Assembly: GCF_001194135.2 (NCBI RefSeq)
Contig: NC_068986.1
Coordinates: 30,803,624 to 30,867,623 of the forward strand
Source of the DNA: Octopus bimaculoides
Taxonomy: Eukaryota
Direction of reading: 5' to 3'
Length of the DNA stretch: 64,000 nucleotides
The notes under the pieces are model-generated. The model did not search any database. It was not told the DNA's origin and saw only the letters and a program-made list of their open reading frames with translations. Positions 1 through 14,207 of the stretch are shown piece after piece (position 1 is the first letter of the stretch; the number at the start of each line of letters is the position of its first letter). The position numbers were made by a program, and so were the translations under genes.

Positions 1-382
1 AAGTCTTAAGACTTCAGACTCACAGCTAATGCCGCCATGAGTCTGAGATAAGTGAAATGGTCAACAACTTCATCATTCTGTCTCTCAACAGAGACAGACA
101 AGGTGGAGTCCTTCAAGAAGCCAGCAAAGGACTAGATCTTTGTTGAAACCCAAGAGACTCTAAAGCCAAAAGCGCTCTTTAAGACATCCAGAGACTCTCT
201 ACTCTTTTTACTTGTTTCAGTCATTTGGACTGTGCCTATGCTGGAGCACCGCCTTTAGTCGAGCAAATCGACTCCGAGACTTATTCTTTGTAAGCCTAAT
301 ACTTATTCTATCGGTCTCTTTTGCCGAACTGCTAAGTTACAGGGGACATAAACACACCAGCATCAGTTGTCAAGCAATGCTA

Positions 383-461
<79 letters not shown>

Positions 462-935
462 ATGGGCTTCTTTCAGTTTCCGTCTACCAAATCCACTCAC
501 AAGGCTTTAGTCGGCCCGAGGCTATAGTAAAAGACACTTGCCCAAGATGCCACGCAGTGGCACTAAACCCGGAACCATGTGGTTGAGAAGCAAGCTACTT
601 ACCACACAGCCACTCCTGCGCCTCAGCAAGAATAACTGCATCATCAGCAAAATCTAGGTCTGTAATCCTAATTTCACCAATGAGTGCACCACAACTCCAT
701 CAAGCAACCATCTGGCCAAGTTACCTGAGCAGGCATTGAACAGAGTAGGAGCCAAGATACAACCATGACAGACTAGAGATCTAACTGGGATAAAAGTTGG
801 ATGTTGAGCTCTCAGTCCTAAGTGCACAGATTATTCCAGTGTACAAGGCTATCATCAGCCCAATCAGTTGAAGACGTATACTTTGTGGCTCCAAGAATCT
901 GTCAAAGCACATCACTATCTACCCACTCAAATGCT
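1..935 (-). mobile_element. Decayed RTE-clade LINE reverse transcriptase fragment, interrupted by a SINE at 198-622
   Basis: Minus-strand translation gives RT motifs HGCILAPTLFNAC (~735-775), GEIRITDLDFADDAVILAE (DLDFADD at 640-660) and, past the SINE, ESLDVL...DEVVDHFTYL. Stops and frameshifts are present. Confidence 0.85.
198..622 (-). mobile_element. tRNA-derived SINE family A, full length, internal (CA)n, tail type 1 (probably one of the described octopus OK/OR SINEs)
   Basis: Head GGCGCAGGAGTGGCTGTGTGGTAAGTAGCTTGC with A/B-box-like tRNA region, CORE-like CTTGGGCAAGTGTC segment, tail ...CAGCAT...GACTGAAACAAGTAAAAAGAG. About 20 copies or fragments in the window. Family name from memory, not verified. 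Confidence 0.85.
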
Positions 936-1392
936 TAGGCCCAATTATGATAATGGTTTAAAATTTTGATTCAAGGTCAGAAATTTTAGAGGAAGGGTGA
1001 GTCAATTATATTGGTTCCCCAGTGTGCAACTGGTACTCATTTTATTGACTCCTAAAAGGGACAAAAGTCTGAGCTGGAAGAAATGTTCCTAGGAATTTTT
1101 TCAGAAACACACCATAAATGTTTGCCAAAATGTTTTTATGTGGTAAATAACGTTTTTAAGATCATAACATCAAGCACTCAATTTTCACAAAAAAAAAAAA
1201 AAAAAAAGAAAATAGGAAAAAGAGAAGAAAAAGAAAACCATCACTAAGAACAATGACTCTACTTAAGTTTGTTCCTTGTGTTAAGGGATCACTTTGAGTG
1301 ATAGAAATATGATAGTGAAAAAGAAAATAATTTTTCTCATATGCCTTCTCTTATGTTTTCTTCTAATTAATTTTGAGCTTATCAAAAATAAC

Positions 1393-1427
<35 letters not shown>

Positions 1428-1465
1428 TTGGGAGAATTTTTCTTTTTCATTCTGTAAGTTTTCAT

Positions 1466-1871
1466 NNNNNNNNNNNNNNNNNNNNNNNNNNNNNNNNNNN
1501 NNNNNNNNNNNNNNNNNNNNNNNNNNNNNNNNNNNNNNNNNNNNNNNNNNNNNNNNNNNNNNNNNNNNNNNNNNNNNNNNNNNNNNNNNNNNNNNNNNNN
1601 NNNNNNNNNNNNNNNNNNNNNNNNNNNNNNNNNNNNNNNNNNNNNNNNNNNNNNNNNNNNNNNNNNNNNNNNNNNNNNNNNNNNNNNNNNNNNNNNNNNN
1701 NNNNNNNNNNNNNNNNNNNNNNNNNNNNNNNNNNNNNNNNNNNNNNNNNNNNNNNNNNNNNNNNNNNNNNNNNNNNNNNNNNNNNNNNNNNNNNNNNNNN
1801 NNNNNNNNNNNNNNNNNNNNNNNNNNNNNNNNNNNNNNNNNNNNNNNNNNNNNNNNNNNNNNNNNNNNNNN
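1466..1871. other. Assembly gap (others: 32880-33029, 54539-54967, 56839-57398, plus ~10-15 N gaps near 18500, 20584, 29050, 30038, 33767)
   Basis: Runs of N. The poly-X ORFs in the track are artefacts of these gaps. Confidence 0.99.
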
Positions 1872-2899
1872 TAAGCGTAAGTTTTGGCACCTAATTCACT
1901 TAACCACAATTCCTTTTTTGGTAATGTACCTAAAATAATAAATAGTTTCTCAAGTTGGTGAGCTAATGCTATTTTCTTAAATCATAGAATTTAGTTATAT
2001 TGAGAATTGAACAAGAAACTTTACTTTACTGATTGCATATGTTGAAAATTCCAGTATTTGAGAGGGCAGATAGCAATTTAATATTTTTCTTGCCTCACAA
2101 TTCTTGTTATTTTTGAGTTCTGTCTAAGTGATAGTGTTTGAATATATTTATTTAGGTCAATGACTTCCAGCAGTTTCGCTCCTATTTTATAGTCCATAGA
2201 TAAAGCCCGTCCTCATGATTATTTTCAATAAAACACTTTAAACTTTGAAACTATGCTATTATTATTGCTGATTACTATGTCATTCTAATAGATATCTATC
2301 ATGTTAGTTAGCAATGAGCTAATACTTAATATGTAACAGAGTTTTTATACATTAACAGTAGCATCATTCTCTTTGCTATTCATTCTTTTACCCAGTTCTT
2401 TCTTCTCTTTCATACTGTTTTCTCAGAATTCTAATTACCTCTTGGAAGAAATATCTGTTTTTCTTTCTATCTCTACATACGTGAATGTGCACATGTGCAA
2501 AAATGTTAAATGCTTGTTTAAAGTTGTTAAAAAGCATTGGTTGTATTTGTATTATTATTTTAGAATGGAAATTAACTGCATAACAAACATTTGAAAAATA
2601 AATCATATGTGGTGATGTGTTAATTTAACTTAATACTATGAATGTTGAAACGAAGCATTTAATTGACATACTTTTAATTTATGATACAGGTCATTGCCTA
2701 ATTGGTTCACATATGGTGGCATTATTTTGATGAATGAATTTATCTCTTTTCTCCTCTATCTTGTTCTATTAATCATGTTGTCTTGTCTTCTCTGGTTTAG
2801 GATCTGATAAGCTTCTTTCCCTTCAAATCTTTAATCCGGTGACCATTCTTATGTACTAATCTATTTGCACTTGCCATGTATTCCTTTCTTTAATATCAA

Positions 2900-3830
2900 A
2901 ATATACAGAATTTTCATTAGTCTTGTGCAGGTCTTTCATAAACTGGGGAATAAATCTTTTGTATTGTGTTTTTACAGTTGTTGTTTTACTATTATCAAAG
3001 GATTCTCAAAAACTTTAAAATTCATTTCAATATTGCACATTGCACTGACTAACTTGTTGGGTTTCAGGTAATCAGGAGGATGGAATAATGTAGTTGGTGA
3101 TCAGTTTGAACATCTGTTGGTTAACATTAGTAGGGAAAATGTAGATGGAAAGGAACTCTGAGTGTTTTTGTTGTAGTAGTGTTCAGAATAATAGAGAAGC
3201 ATCAGCACATCTGTGAGCCAAAAGTCATAGCATTTGGTGAATGAGTCTTTTACTAATCAGTAAAATAGTTTTTTTTTTTCATATGGCACCCAAGTTATGT
3301 GTAGAAACAGTATACTATTGATCACTCTTGAGCTTTGTAAAAGATTGATAATTTATTGGGAGTGAAGTTTTTTCTGAATTAGGGGAGGGAGCCTGGATTT
3401 TGAGATGCAGTTTTGGCATTGTTATACATGTAAGGTTGCCATAAAAGATTTTGCAGTGATATTGAGAGCTTTAAGTGTGTTGGTTGAGTCCAGGGAAGGT
3501 ATGGAATAAGACTTTTTTTCTACATGTAATGACTTGGTGATTTTAAAGGAGATAATGTCCTCATTAGAAGATATTTATAAAGTCTCTGTTCATGAAGACA
3601 TTGAAAATCAGGAACAAGGTGTCTAGACTGCATGTGGGTAATGTCTGTATGCAGATGGAGAAGTGAAGGATGGTATCATTTCTATATAAATTTGCAAGTG
3701 GTTAAGAGTGTAGTAAGTTGTTACTAAGGTAAATTTTGGGGTTGTCTAGAGATAATAGAATAGTGATCAGAGAGAGTCAAGCAAGCACATTCTGCAAAAT
3801 TCATTGGTCTTAAATTTAAGTACAATGAAA
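2900..3830 (-). mobile_element. Old CR1-like LINE ORF2 (RT and C-terminal region) relic
   Basis: Minus-strand translation: TILHFS after a frameshifted YxDD-like motif (3657-3690); WQPYMYNNAKTASQNPGSLP*FRKNFTPNKLSIFYKAQ (3328-3441); LAHRCADASLLF. These resemble CR1-clade ORF2 motifs (W..HI...AK.AS...G.L; LS.RR.VASL.LFY). Confidence 0.65.
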
Positions 3831-3959
3831 ATTAGATATCAATATCATTTAGGGTTGAATTAAAATTTCACTCACATTCAATAAATGGGTATCATATGAA
3901 GTTGTAATCCTAATTCTTTTACATTAGCCAAATGGCAGATTTATAGGAGAGAGGTATTT

Positions 3960-4242
3960 ATCATCATCATCATCATCGTTTAACGTCCGCTGTCCATGCT
4001 AGCATGGGTTGGATGATTTGACTGAGGACTGGCAAGCCAGAAGGCTGCACCAGGCTCCAATCTGATCTGGCAGAGTTTCTACAGCTGGATGCCCTTCCTA
4101 ATGTCAACCACTCTGAGAGTGTAGCGGGTGCTTTTACGTGCCACCGGCACAAGGGCCAGTCACACGGTACTGGCAACGGCCACGCTCAAAAAAGGTGTTT
4201 TTTACGTGTCACCTGCACGGGAGCCAGTCCAGCGGCACTGGC
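3960..4242 (-). mobile_element. RTE LINE 3' UTR with (GAT)n tail, 5'-truncated
   Basis: Reverse complement of the UTR at 33030-33262, ending GGACGTTAAACGATGATGATG. Confidence 0.9.
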
Positions 4243-5174
4243 TTATATTCAATTAAATTGGTTACTAGTAATTAATTATTTTGATTTTGGATAGATGGAA
4301 GATAAACGTGTAAGATGTGGCATTAACATAAATGACTGTAACTAAACACTGTAAGTTATTTTATCTGGGGTCTTACTAAATTTGTCATTCATTCCTCTAA
4401 TATTTCTTGTATTAGTGCAAGGAATATATTTTCAGAAAGTGGTGTAGTTGTTTGAAATGATCCCAGCAGTCATCTTCTGTGTATTTTATTGAACCTTGGA
4501 TAACGAAAAGCAAAGTTGTCTCTGGCAAAATTTGAACTTGTTATATAAAGTGATATGCAATACAAGGTGTTATTTCCAAAAATTTATTCCTCCTACCATC
4601 TACTGTCTCACTTTAAGCTTTCCAAATGTTTGTGCTTTGAAACCATGGATTTGATATGCTACTTTCTTAGTTTCACTGATCTTCTATATAGCACTACTAT
4701 TTACAATTGTGTTTTTAAGGAATGTCTCAAGACTTCAGCTTTTCAACATTAGCCTATCTTAGAACATTGAAACTAATCCTTCGAATTGCGTAAATCCGTA
4801 GCATCAGAGCTCTGTTCAGGTTTTATGTACTATTAAGTGAATGATAGATAAATTGCTATGGAACAAAGTACTAGTTTGTTGCAGAATAGACTTTATCTAC
4901 TTATTTCTCTTAGCTATTTGAACTGTAGTCATGAAAAAAAAAATGCAATCAGCTATCTAGAACTTGACAACATTCTTGCTTGTGTAAATAGATATGTAAG
5001 GCAGATTTACAGACATTTGTTTTGTAGTAAAATAAAAATTTTAGCCTAACTGTGAAAAGTTGGTAATTAACATTTTCATATGAAGTTGCTGCTCATTTGT
5101 CAGTACTCTTAGTATTTTAGCCATATCTAACTATTGCACTTCTAATTGGTAAAATGTAAAAAAAAAAAAAATAC

Positions 5175-5400
5175 TGCCTTGAATTCCAGAACTCATAGGA
5201 CTGGTTTCCTAGTTTACATGGTTTATAAATGACTAAGATCATAACATTCCTTCTGAATAGGATGCCACTCCTTTGTAGGGTTACTCATTTGCTGCTGGGT
5301 GATCTGGGAAATGTGAAATGAAGTGTGTTGCTTAAAACAGGCCACCTAATTTGGGAAATGAAACCATCTTGATCTTGTGACCACGAGTGCAAAGCCCTCT
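5175..5400 (-). mobile_element. Degraded tRNA-derived SINE, family D
   Basis: Minus strand shows a tRNA-like head followed by CACACTTCATTTCACATTTCCCAG...CAAATGAGTAACCCT. It differs from families A-C and is heavily diverged. Confidence 0.45.
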
Positions 5401-5746
5401 TAAGTCATGCACTGTCAATTGATAAAATGATAGACTTAAGAACTTAAGTTTTGTAAAAGCTTTAAACATAACATTGGTGTCAATGATTTAGATATATGGC
5501 ATTGGGTGGTTGCACGGAAAACAAGGACATTGTTTACTGAGTTTTGAAAACATTTTAATTTTTATTTTTTGAACTTGAATTATACATCCTTGTTTCCATT
5601 GTTACCTTTAAGTGAATACTTTTACTTTGTCTGAATATGTCATGTGGTGGTGGTGTGTGTGTATATTTGTGTGTATGTGTGTTTTGACAAGTGGTTTTGC
5701 TGGAAATATGACTTTAGATATTTTAATTTTTGTATGTAGGCATAAT

Positions 5747-6038
5747 AGGTGCAGCTGTGGTTGTGTGGCTAAGAAGTTTGCTTGCTTTCCACATGGTTTT
5801 GGATTTAGTTGCACTGTGTCTTCTACTATAGCATCTGGCTGACCAAAACCTTATGAATAGATTTGGTAGATGGAAACTAAGAGAAGCTTGTCATATATAT
5901 ATATGTCTGTGTGTCCTTGTCTTAACATTACTGGATAGTTGTAATTGAAAAAGAGCATACAGCTGTGGAAAATTTACCTCAGCATTTTCTGTGTGACCCA
6001 CATGAGCATGGAAAAGTGGAGATTATAGTGATAATGAC
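5747..6038 (+). mobile_element. SINE A head joined to an RTE-derived tail (tail type 2), diverged
   Basis: GGTGCAGCTGTGGTTGTGTGG head; ends CAGCTGTGGAAAA...CATGAGCATGGAAAAGTGGAG, similar to the RTE 3' UTR end. Confidence 0.7.
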
Positions 6039-7331
6039 ATTTTTTCTTCTAGTAAATGGATAACATTGTTAGAAATATAATAGTAAAACACTTGCTTATA
6101 TATCATAGCTCAATTTGTGTGGAAATCTATTTAATAATATCATTGCTCAAATTAGTATATTCAATGGTCCTTGATTGTTGATGCAGCGAATTCTAACTAA
6201 ATGGCATTCTCCAAGTATTGGAGCTTTGCACGACCACAATAGCTGTCTACAGCTAGAAGTAGATGAATAATGACTGCACTTTTTCTTGAAGAAAACCACT
6301 TCTCATACTTACTTCCTCTTCCATAAATATTATGCTTTTGCTACTAGTGCTTGTAGCGACTGCTGGAATGTTGTTTGTTATTAACAGAGTTGTGAAAGAG
6401 ACTAAGCAGTCCTTACAACTGAATTCTTTGAAGAATATATTTCTTGGTAGCTTGAATTGTGGCATAAAACATCTTAGACTTATATGGTAATTCTCCTTGT
6501 CACTGGTTTGTTCTGTCCGTTTGAAGCCTTAGGCGAATAGATCTTTTTTTTCTTTTTGTTTCTTTTTTCTTAATATCTCCTTAAAAAAAAGACTGGTTCT
6601 TATACAGCTTTAAATAGATTTTTCTTTAACTTCTGACAAGTTTTCTGTAAAATACATGGGCCAATTAAAACAGCTTATGTCAAATATAAGATTAAACTCT
6701 TTCTAAATATTTTTTATTTATTCACTAATTCACTTCAGAATTTTTATCAGTCTAAAAAAAAAAAAAAAAAAAAAAAAAAATTCAAGTTTATTATTTGTTT
6801 TATTTTCTTTCTTGGCATGAATTGTATGAAATATCTCATTAGTTTCTAGTTTGTAAATTTCTATCCCACTTGAAGCACTCTGTTTGTTTTGGTGAAGAAA
6901 TCAATGGAATTTATTTACAATGGACCAGTATCCTATTTTGGGATGTAGTAGCTGTTTAATATTATTGAAATGACCCTGTTTTATCTTATAAGTCATGCTT
7001 GGCGAAGATTCACTAAAAAAAATTGTAATCAAATTTCAAATATTTTATTTTCTTTTCTTAAACTGTCTCTTTAATAGCCAATACCTTTATTATTAACTTT
7101 TTATTTTCTGAGACTAACTGTAAAGTTTGGATTTCTTCACACTTATAATTTAGGATTTTGCAGAAAAGAATAACTGTTCTTTCCTTCATAGTTGTATAGT
7201 TAAGAGGTTTGTTTTGAAATTGTATGGTTCTTGGTTTAATTCCCCTGTGCGGGACCTTGGACAAGTATCTTCAATCATAGTGTAATGTGTTGTTTTACTC
7301 TGAAGTCTTGAAAAGGCCCTCTTTTAAATTA

Positions 7332-7559
7332 TTAACCTTTTCATTATCATATTTCTTTTGAAATATATTGTCTTCATTTCAATTAATTTTGAAAATAATG
7401 AAAAAGTTGTAAAATAACTTTGTCATTATTAAACTGATGTTTGAAACACAAATTAACATGAGATTTTGATAGCAGGTTTTAATTTAGATCACTTTAAAAC
7501 AAGAACTTGTTTCATGCAACTAGTGGCTGTCTCATGTGGGTTGGTATCAAAAGTGTTAA
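7332..7559. mobile_element. piggyBac-like MITE, family 1
   Basis: TTAA-CCTTTT...AAAAGTG-TTAA: TTAA at both ends with imperfect short TIRs and no ORF. Confidence 0.65.
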
Positions 7560-8322
7560 AGCATAAATTGATTCTGTTTACTCTTGGTAATTGCTGGTTG
7601 TTTTGTATACGGTATACATTTCCTACTTTATCAGTCATTCTATCTACATTCTGAGAATTTAAAATATTGCATATTTTCCAAATTGATTTTTCTATTAGAA
7701 ATTGAAATTGGAAAATCAGAAATTTTGAAGACTCAGATTTTATATTTCCTTTCATTACATTACAAAGATATGAGAATTATCACTGTTCAATCAGAAGGTT
7801 GATGAATTTAATTCAAAATCTATATTTTCTATCAACATAAAGACATGGTATATATACATAGTGAATATAGAACTAACTAGGAGGGACTAATGCAGGAGTC
7901 TCTATACAGTTGCTTAAGCTACTGGAAACGGTAATTAAATCTTCCTCAAATTAAACATAATACCCTCTTAAATAAAAGATGCTTTGGACAGAATAGTCTC
8001 TGGTGTATAAAAATACAGGATGGTCATACCTGAAAGTTTTTTCATCTCGTTCACTCAGGGCTGAGTTACGGCTATGCAACAACAAACGGAGGACATATTT
8101 AAATCTTATTAAGGCTGTGACAATGCACAAGTATTAGAATATATAAAATAAGTCACTGTGCTGTGATTAAAGGTTTGTCTTGGTGTTTTGTTTGCAAAGT
8201 CTCTTTCTTTTTCTTGGAACTTGAAGTTAAATTAGTTTATTAATTGTCTTTTGAAGATACAGACCATCACTGGTTCCTTCAAATTCTAGTCTTGTTTTCA
8301 AAAAGTTATTGTACATTCGTGT

Positions 8323-8664
8323 AGGTGCAGAATCAGAAGTTTGCTTTTCATCCACATGGTTCTGGGTTCGGTTCCACTGCATGGCATCTTGGGCAGGTGT
8401 CTTCTATTATAGCCCCAGGCCAACCAAAACCTTGCGAGTGGATTTGGTAGATGTAAATTGAAATAAGCCTGTTGTGTGTGTGCATGTGCACGTACGCACT
8501 CACTGCTTGGCAACTGATGTTGGTTTGTTTAGATACCTATAACTTAGCAGTTTCACAAAAGAGTCCAATAAAAGAAGTACAGGAGCTGATCTGTTTGACT
8601 AAAATACTTCAGGGCAGTGCCCTAGCATGGCCGTAGCCCAGAGATTGAAACAAGTAACAGAGAG
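8323..8664 (+). mobile_element. SINE A copy, tail type 1, diverged
   Basis: Colinear with the reverse complement of 198-622. Confidence 0.8.
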
Positions 8665-9369
8665 ATAATGGATTTTCTCCAGAAATGTCACATTTTATTA
8701 CCAGCTTAATAGGTGAATAGTCAGTATTAGCAAGGGTATCATACTTGTGGACAAATTATAAACTTATATTCACGAATTGTTTATCTCTTTTTTTCAAATT
8801 TGCAATGAAATAAATAACACTCCAAAAATAAACTAAACTATAATAAAAACCCATGGAATTTGACAGTAACTACCAGTCTCTTGGTTTTGTTTACCATACA
8901 GATGGCAAGTGTTCTATTTCTCAGCTTTTGGGCTTTGTCCCTCTCCCTCTTTCTCTGTGTACACACGCACACATACATACATATGTGTGTGTATATATAT
9001 CATATACTATACTTTGTTCTTGACATTTTAGATTTAATAATGCCTATTTATCTGTTTCTAGGTTTTTATTTCTTTATTCATTCTATAGTTTCTTTTGGCT
9101 TCTCTGTCTTTGCAACAAATAAGTCAGCTAACCTCCAGTTTATTTTTAGCTCATTGCTCACAGCTGTTCAAAATATTTGATCAAAATGGCTGAGAGCGAG
9201 TTGTTAACTTGATATCACTGTTGTTGCACAAAAACGAGTATAGATAAGGAAATTATTATTATCATTATTGAATGTAAACATTATTGGTAGTGGTCCCTGT
9301 CCTTGCCAGCTCTTGTTAAACTGTCCAACCCAGGCCAACATCGAAAACTAACATTAAATGATGATAATG

Positions 9370-9595
9370 ATTGAAGGCAGTGAGCTAGCTGAATTGTGAA
9401 CACGTCCGACAAAATGCCTAGCCATAATTCTTGTGGCTCTTTCTGTTGTAAGTTTGTATTCCACCAAGGCCATCTTTGCCTTTTATCCTTTCAGGACCAA
9501 CAAAATAAGTACTAATTGAGCATTGGAGTCGATGTAATCAGCTAATCCTCTTTCCCCGAAAATCACTGGCTTTGTGCCAAAATTTGAAATTACTA
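9370..9595 (+). mobile_element. Old SINE family B copy
   Basis: GGCAGTGAGCTAGCTGAA head; CTTTGCCTTTTATCCTTTCAGG...TAAGTAC...GGAGTCGATGTAATC body as in 50431-50661. A second partial copy follows at ~9610-9730. Confidence 0.7.
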
Positions 9596-9942
9596 TATCT
9601 TTATTCTGAAGTCAACTTTGCCTTTCATCTTTTGGGGGTGGGTGCCAATAAAATAAGTACCAGTCTAGCACTGGGGTCAATGTAATTGACTATCCGCCTT
9701 CCACCTCAAATTTCCGGCTTTGTGCTTATAGTAGGAAGAATTATTGTGTGAAATGTAAATCATAAAATCCCAAACGTTAAATTTGCTATATTGATTAAAA
9801 AAATTTTTCTTTAAAATTTCACACACAATATTCCATTGTTTTTGCATGAATATGACACACGGATTACTATTTTGATCTATTACTGTTTTTGTTGAACATA
9901 ACAGATACACACATACATATATTTCTGCAAATAAATTAATAA

Positions 9943-9978
<36 letters not shown>

Positions 9979-10788
9979 GCGCGAAAAGTTAGATGATTCT
10001 GCAAATCTCAACCAGTTTAAGACTTACCAAATGTATATTATCCTCATCATTTTCTCATTACCATAATAACTTAGAAATTTTATAAAACAGCACCAGGAGT
10101 TGATTTTTTATTGATTTATTTTTTATTTATTTATTTTTTTTGCCTAAGTTGTTTAATTTTTCATTATGTATCCTCATTTAAATGCATTTAAAAATTTTTT
10201 ATATTTAAGGCTTCTTTTAGATTAAGATGTTAACGTGATGGATCTGATATGATGGCAAATCATGTTCCCCATTGGAATGGTTTTCACACTTGTCACTAAT
10301 ACCCTATTAAGAAAGGAAATCTAGGGACATTATAATTACACTACCTTTACTTCTGTTAATGCCTAGTTTCACATAAAATCTGCAACTTAAATTACTTAAA
10401 ATTTTAGTCGTAAATTTTTTATCAACTCCATTTAAATGTTGGAGTAGTTTGTAAGTATTAAGTTTTCACTCATTCATTAATTTATAACTTTTAAAATTCG
10501 GTGTTGTTGTTGTTAGGAACAGTAGCACTACTAAAGATGAGATCTTTTGGTTTTGTTGGCAAATAAAAATCTGTCATCTTTATCTTATACTTGTTTTAGT
10601 CAATGGACTGTGGCCATGCTGGGACAATGCCTTGCAAGGCTTTAGCCAAACAAATTAATTCTTTTACTTTATTTTTATAAAGCTTGGTGCTTGTTCTATT
10701 GGTCTCTTTTGCTGAACTGCTAACTGCTAGGTTAGTGGGGTACAATGAAAACAACACTGGTTGCAGGGCACGCACGCACGGACGCAAG

Positions 10789-10836
<48 letters not shown>

Positions 10837-12864
10837 TAGTCAATGATTTTTTTTTTTGAAGTTTTTCCTAATTGCAAATAAACTCATGAAATAAAAAACA
10901 CTATTTACTTTCTGCCAAAATATAAAGCAGTATCTACTCTCAACCAAATAATTCTTTCTACCCAAGAATCAAGTTTCATCGTCTTACTTGTCAACCTTAT
11001 AAAGTTCCTGGTTACCTCTTGTGAGATTATAAAACACTTTATTCAGCATCTAAACATATTAAATTTACCAAGCTTTCGAACAGTTACTATTTATCCTCAT
11101 CATACATACATATATATATATATATATATTTCTAGTTGGTTTCATATATTACACTTATGTCATCATCATCATCACATTTACTTTTCTATGCTCTCAGGCA
11201 AGACTCCATGAGGGCAGATTTTCCTGTGGCTGGATGTCTTTCCTATCACCAATCCTCACCTGTTTCCAAGTAGAGTAATAGTTTACATGTTCTGTTGAAC
11301 AACGGAACAACCTGGACATGCTTTTGATGTGAACTGCTGACAAAACTACAAAACTATGCTGTTTGTACGAATGCTGATGCTTTTTATATAACTGGTATGC
11401 ATGTCAAGAAGACAAAGGTAATGCATACACAGTTGAGTGCACGCACACACACTGGATTTTTTCCAGTTTTAATTTTTCAAATTTCAGTGACGAGGTATTG
11501 GCCAACCTGCAACTATAGTAGAATACACCAACTGACTGTGTCCATGTGGTGGGATTGAACTCCAAACAATGTAGTCCTGAAATGAATTTCTTAACCACAG
11601 GGGCCACACCTGTGCTTATATGTAATACATTGTTTTTCATCAGATGGTGTCTTAGAATTATTCAATTTCAAAACTGTTCTAGTTTCCTTCTTTGACAACT
11701 GTACAATTTTGTATACTTATTTAGTGGACTCCTTCATCATTACTTTCAGTAAATACAGTGAAAGATGGTCTTCATTGATGAGATTAAAATAAAACTGAAA
11801 CTAGTCTAGATTTATGTCTGTTTTTGCTAGATAAAGAAAAAATAATATTAGTCATTGACTAATATTCTTTATGCATAGAATATTTATTTCCAGCTAGCTT
11901 TTTAATGCTCTATGAATTAGATATGTTAACATCAACTTACTATTAGCTATTTATTAGTTTGCAAAGTTATGCTGCTGCAATTTATATATAGAAAATTGCC
12001 ATAATGGTTTCCTGATGTTTCTTTTTTCCTCAGTCTAATGAAAAATACTTGTTAAAAATTTATTCCTATAGTAGAGATTAATGCAGCAAAGTTTTTCATG
12101 TACCACACACAGACACACACACATTCAAATTAAAAAAAATTTCTGTGGAACAATGAATTATAACATATTTCCATCCTAATGAATTATTGATTATGTTTGT
12201 GCTTAAAGGTCATTAGTTCAAATAATATTTTAGCATTGTTCCCTTAAGCAAGACACACAATACTCCACATCTTTACTGAAAATAGACATCATTCTAATTT
12301 TTCAGTTGACTTGTTTGACATTGGAGATTACAGTTGAAGCCAATGCCTAAATTTCCAGAAACACCTCATTCATGTTAACAACAGGATGGGGGAGAAGGGT
12401 GTTGTTATACCCTTAGGCAAGTTATATTACTTGCTTTAGTCAACCTAGCAGAAAGAAGATATTGCTTCAATATCACTTGGTATTTAAAAAAACAGAAAGA
12501 AAAAATGCAATTGCTGCAATAATTGTGCTGGAGTCGACATTTCCAAAGCCAGGTCACTTGTAGTGTTAACATGTGAAAAACTATTTTATAGAAGGCTTAC
12601 TTTTGGCTGTTTTCTCAGTTTATATATTAAATTATATATTGTAATTTTGTGAACAGCATCAGTAGTGACAAGTTTCCAATGTACCTATCATTGATTCAAT
12701 GTAGTTTAGACAGCGAGAGGGACAAAGAAATGTTTGTGCAAGTTGGGATGCAATGAATACCATGGCTTTCTGTGCTTCATTATGTTTTTTGCTTGATGCA
12801 CTGATTTATCAGTTTTCTCACTGATATTTAAATCTATTGCCGATATACCTAAGTGAGATGTATA

Positions 12865-13260
12865 TATCACCATCATCACAGTCTCCTTTATTTTGCTGGC
12901 ATGGGTTGGACAGCTCAACAAGAACAGATGGGCTAGAAGACTACACCAGATTTTATGTCTGTTTTGGCATGGTTTCTACAGTTGGATGCCCATCATAATG
13001 CCAACCACTTAATACAGTGTACTGGGTGCTTTTAATGCGATACCAGCACTAGTGAGGTTACCAAGTACCCACAAAAAAAGACCCCTCAGCTGAGTAGGGT
13101 ATAGAATGGCAGGATAAGAAACTATAATAGAGAGATATGGAGCAGGTGTTTTGTTGAAGAGGTGAATACATGGCTTGCTCACCTGGAAAGAAAGAGAGAG
13201 GTGGGTGGGGCGGTTCAGGTACAAAATGAATGAAAGAATAGGATAAAAAAGCAGAAAGTG
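12865..13260 (-). mobile_element. Older RTE-type 3' end relic
   Basis: GCTGGCATGGGTTGGACAG and TTTCTACAGTTGGATGCCC...GCCAACCAC match the RTE tail in reverse. A similar relic lies at ~46510-46980. Confidence 0.6.
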
Positions 13261-14207
13261 TGTGTGTGTGTGTGCACTGAATGAAAATAATGTGACAGAA
13301 GATTGTGTGGTTAAGAAGTTTGTAGTGAAATGGGTTTTGTGTCTGGTCTCACTGCAATGCACCTAGGTAAGGGTCATCTATGAGATTCCCTCAGATGGCA
13401 TTGATAGGCCCTGGTCTGATCAATGAATTTGTTGATAAGAACTGTAGAAAGCCCATGAATGTTTATATTGCATGCTTGTCAACACTTGAGTGTAATAGTG
13501 CTGGCGTAGACATTATGACCAGTTGCTGTAGGCTTTCAAAGACTTGTGGAATAAAGAAATCTCTTACTTGAAAAACATGCAAAGATTGAGAACAAAAAGA
13601 GCATCAGGTCATAAAATTCTGTCTCAAATAACTCTCTATCCAACCCCTTGCTAGTATGAAAAAAGGACATTAAATAAATTTATGGAGAACGAGAAAGAGG
13701 GAGAAAGAATGAAATATGACTGGGATTGAATCCAGATTCACATGTATTCAAAGCAAAACTCTAAGCTATGCTTTATACCCTTGTATTTTGGGAATTCATT
13801 ACAGCAATTATTCTAATTATTATTAATGATTACAATAATTATTATAATCAAAATATATAATTAATTTCATTATAGTGGTTAATAATGAGTTTAAATTCTT
13901 TTAGTTTTTTTCACATTTCAAGTTATCTGGATTGATAACATAGGCACCATTAAAAGCAGATGATACTGTTGATGATGTTCTTTTCCTATAAATTGGTTCT
14001 TGTGCCTTATCAAAACAATATTATTATGATAAAAATACATTATCACCAGCAGCAGCTGCTACTGCTGAAATATAAACTGAAGGATTAAAAAGCTTAAAAA
14101 AAAAAAAAATTCCCCAACTTCCAAATTAGGGTAAAGAAAGCTCTCCAATTTACATAAAATAAATATTAGTTTTCTCATTTCAGTTAACATGCTGGTTTGG
14201 TTGTATA

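Noticed and set aside
4020-4050. CTGAGGA plus CTGG/CCAG hairpin in antisense RTE tails (also 17790, 33190, 59975)
   Set aside because: No GAAA follows. It is the complement of an RTE UTR hairpin, not a hammerhead.
6200-6480. Higher-complexity segment with a 70-aa minus-strand ORF
   Set aside because: No splice signals or domain motifs recognised in any frame; possibly an old transposon relic but unsupported.
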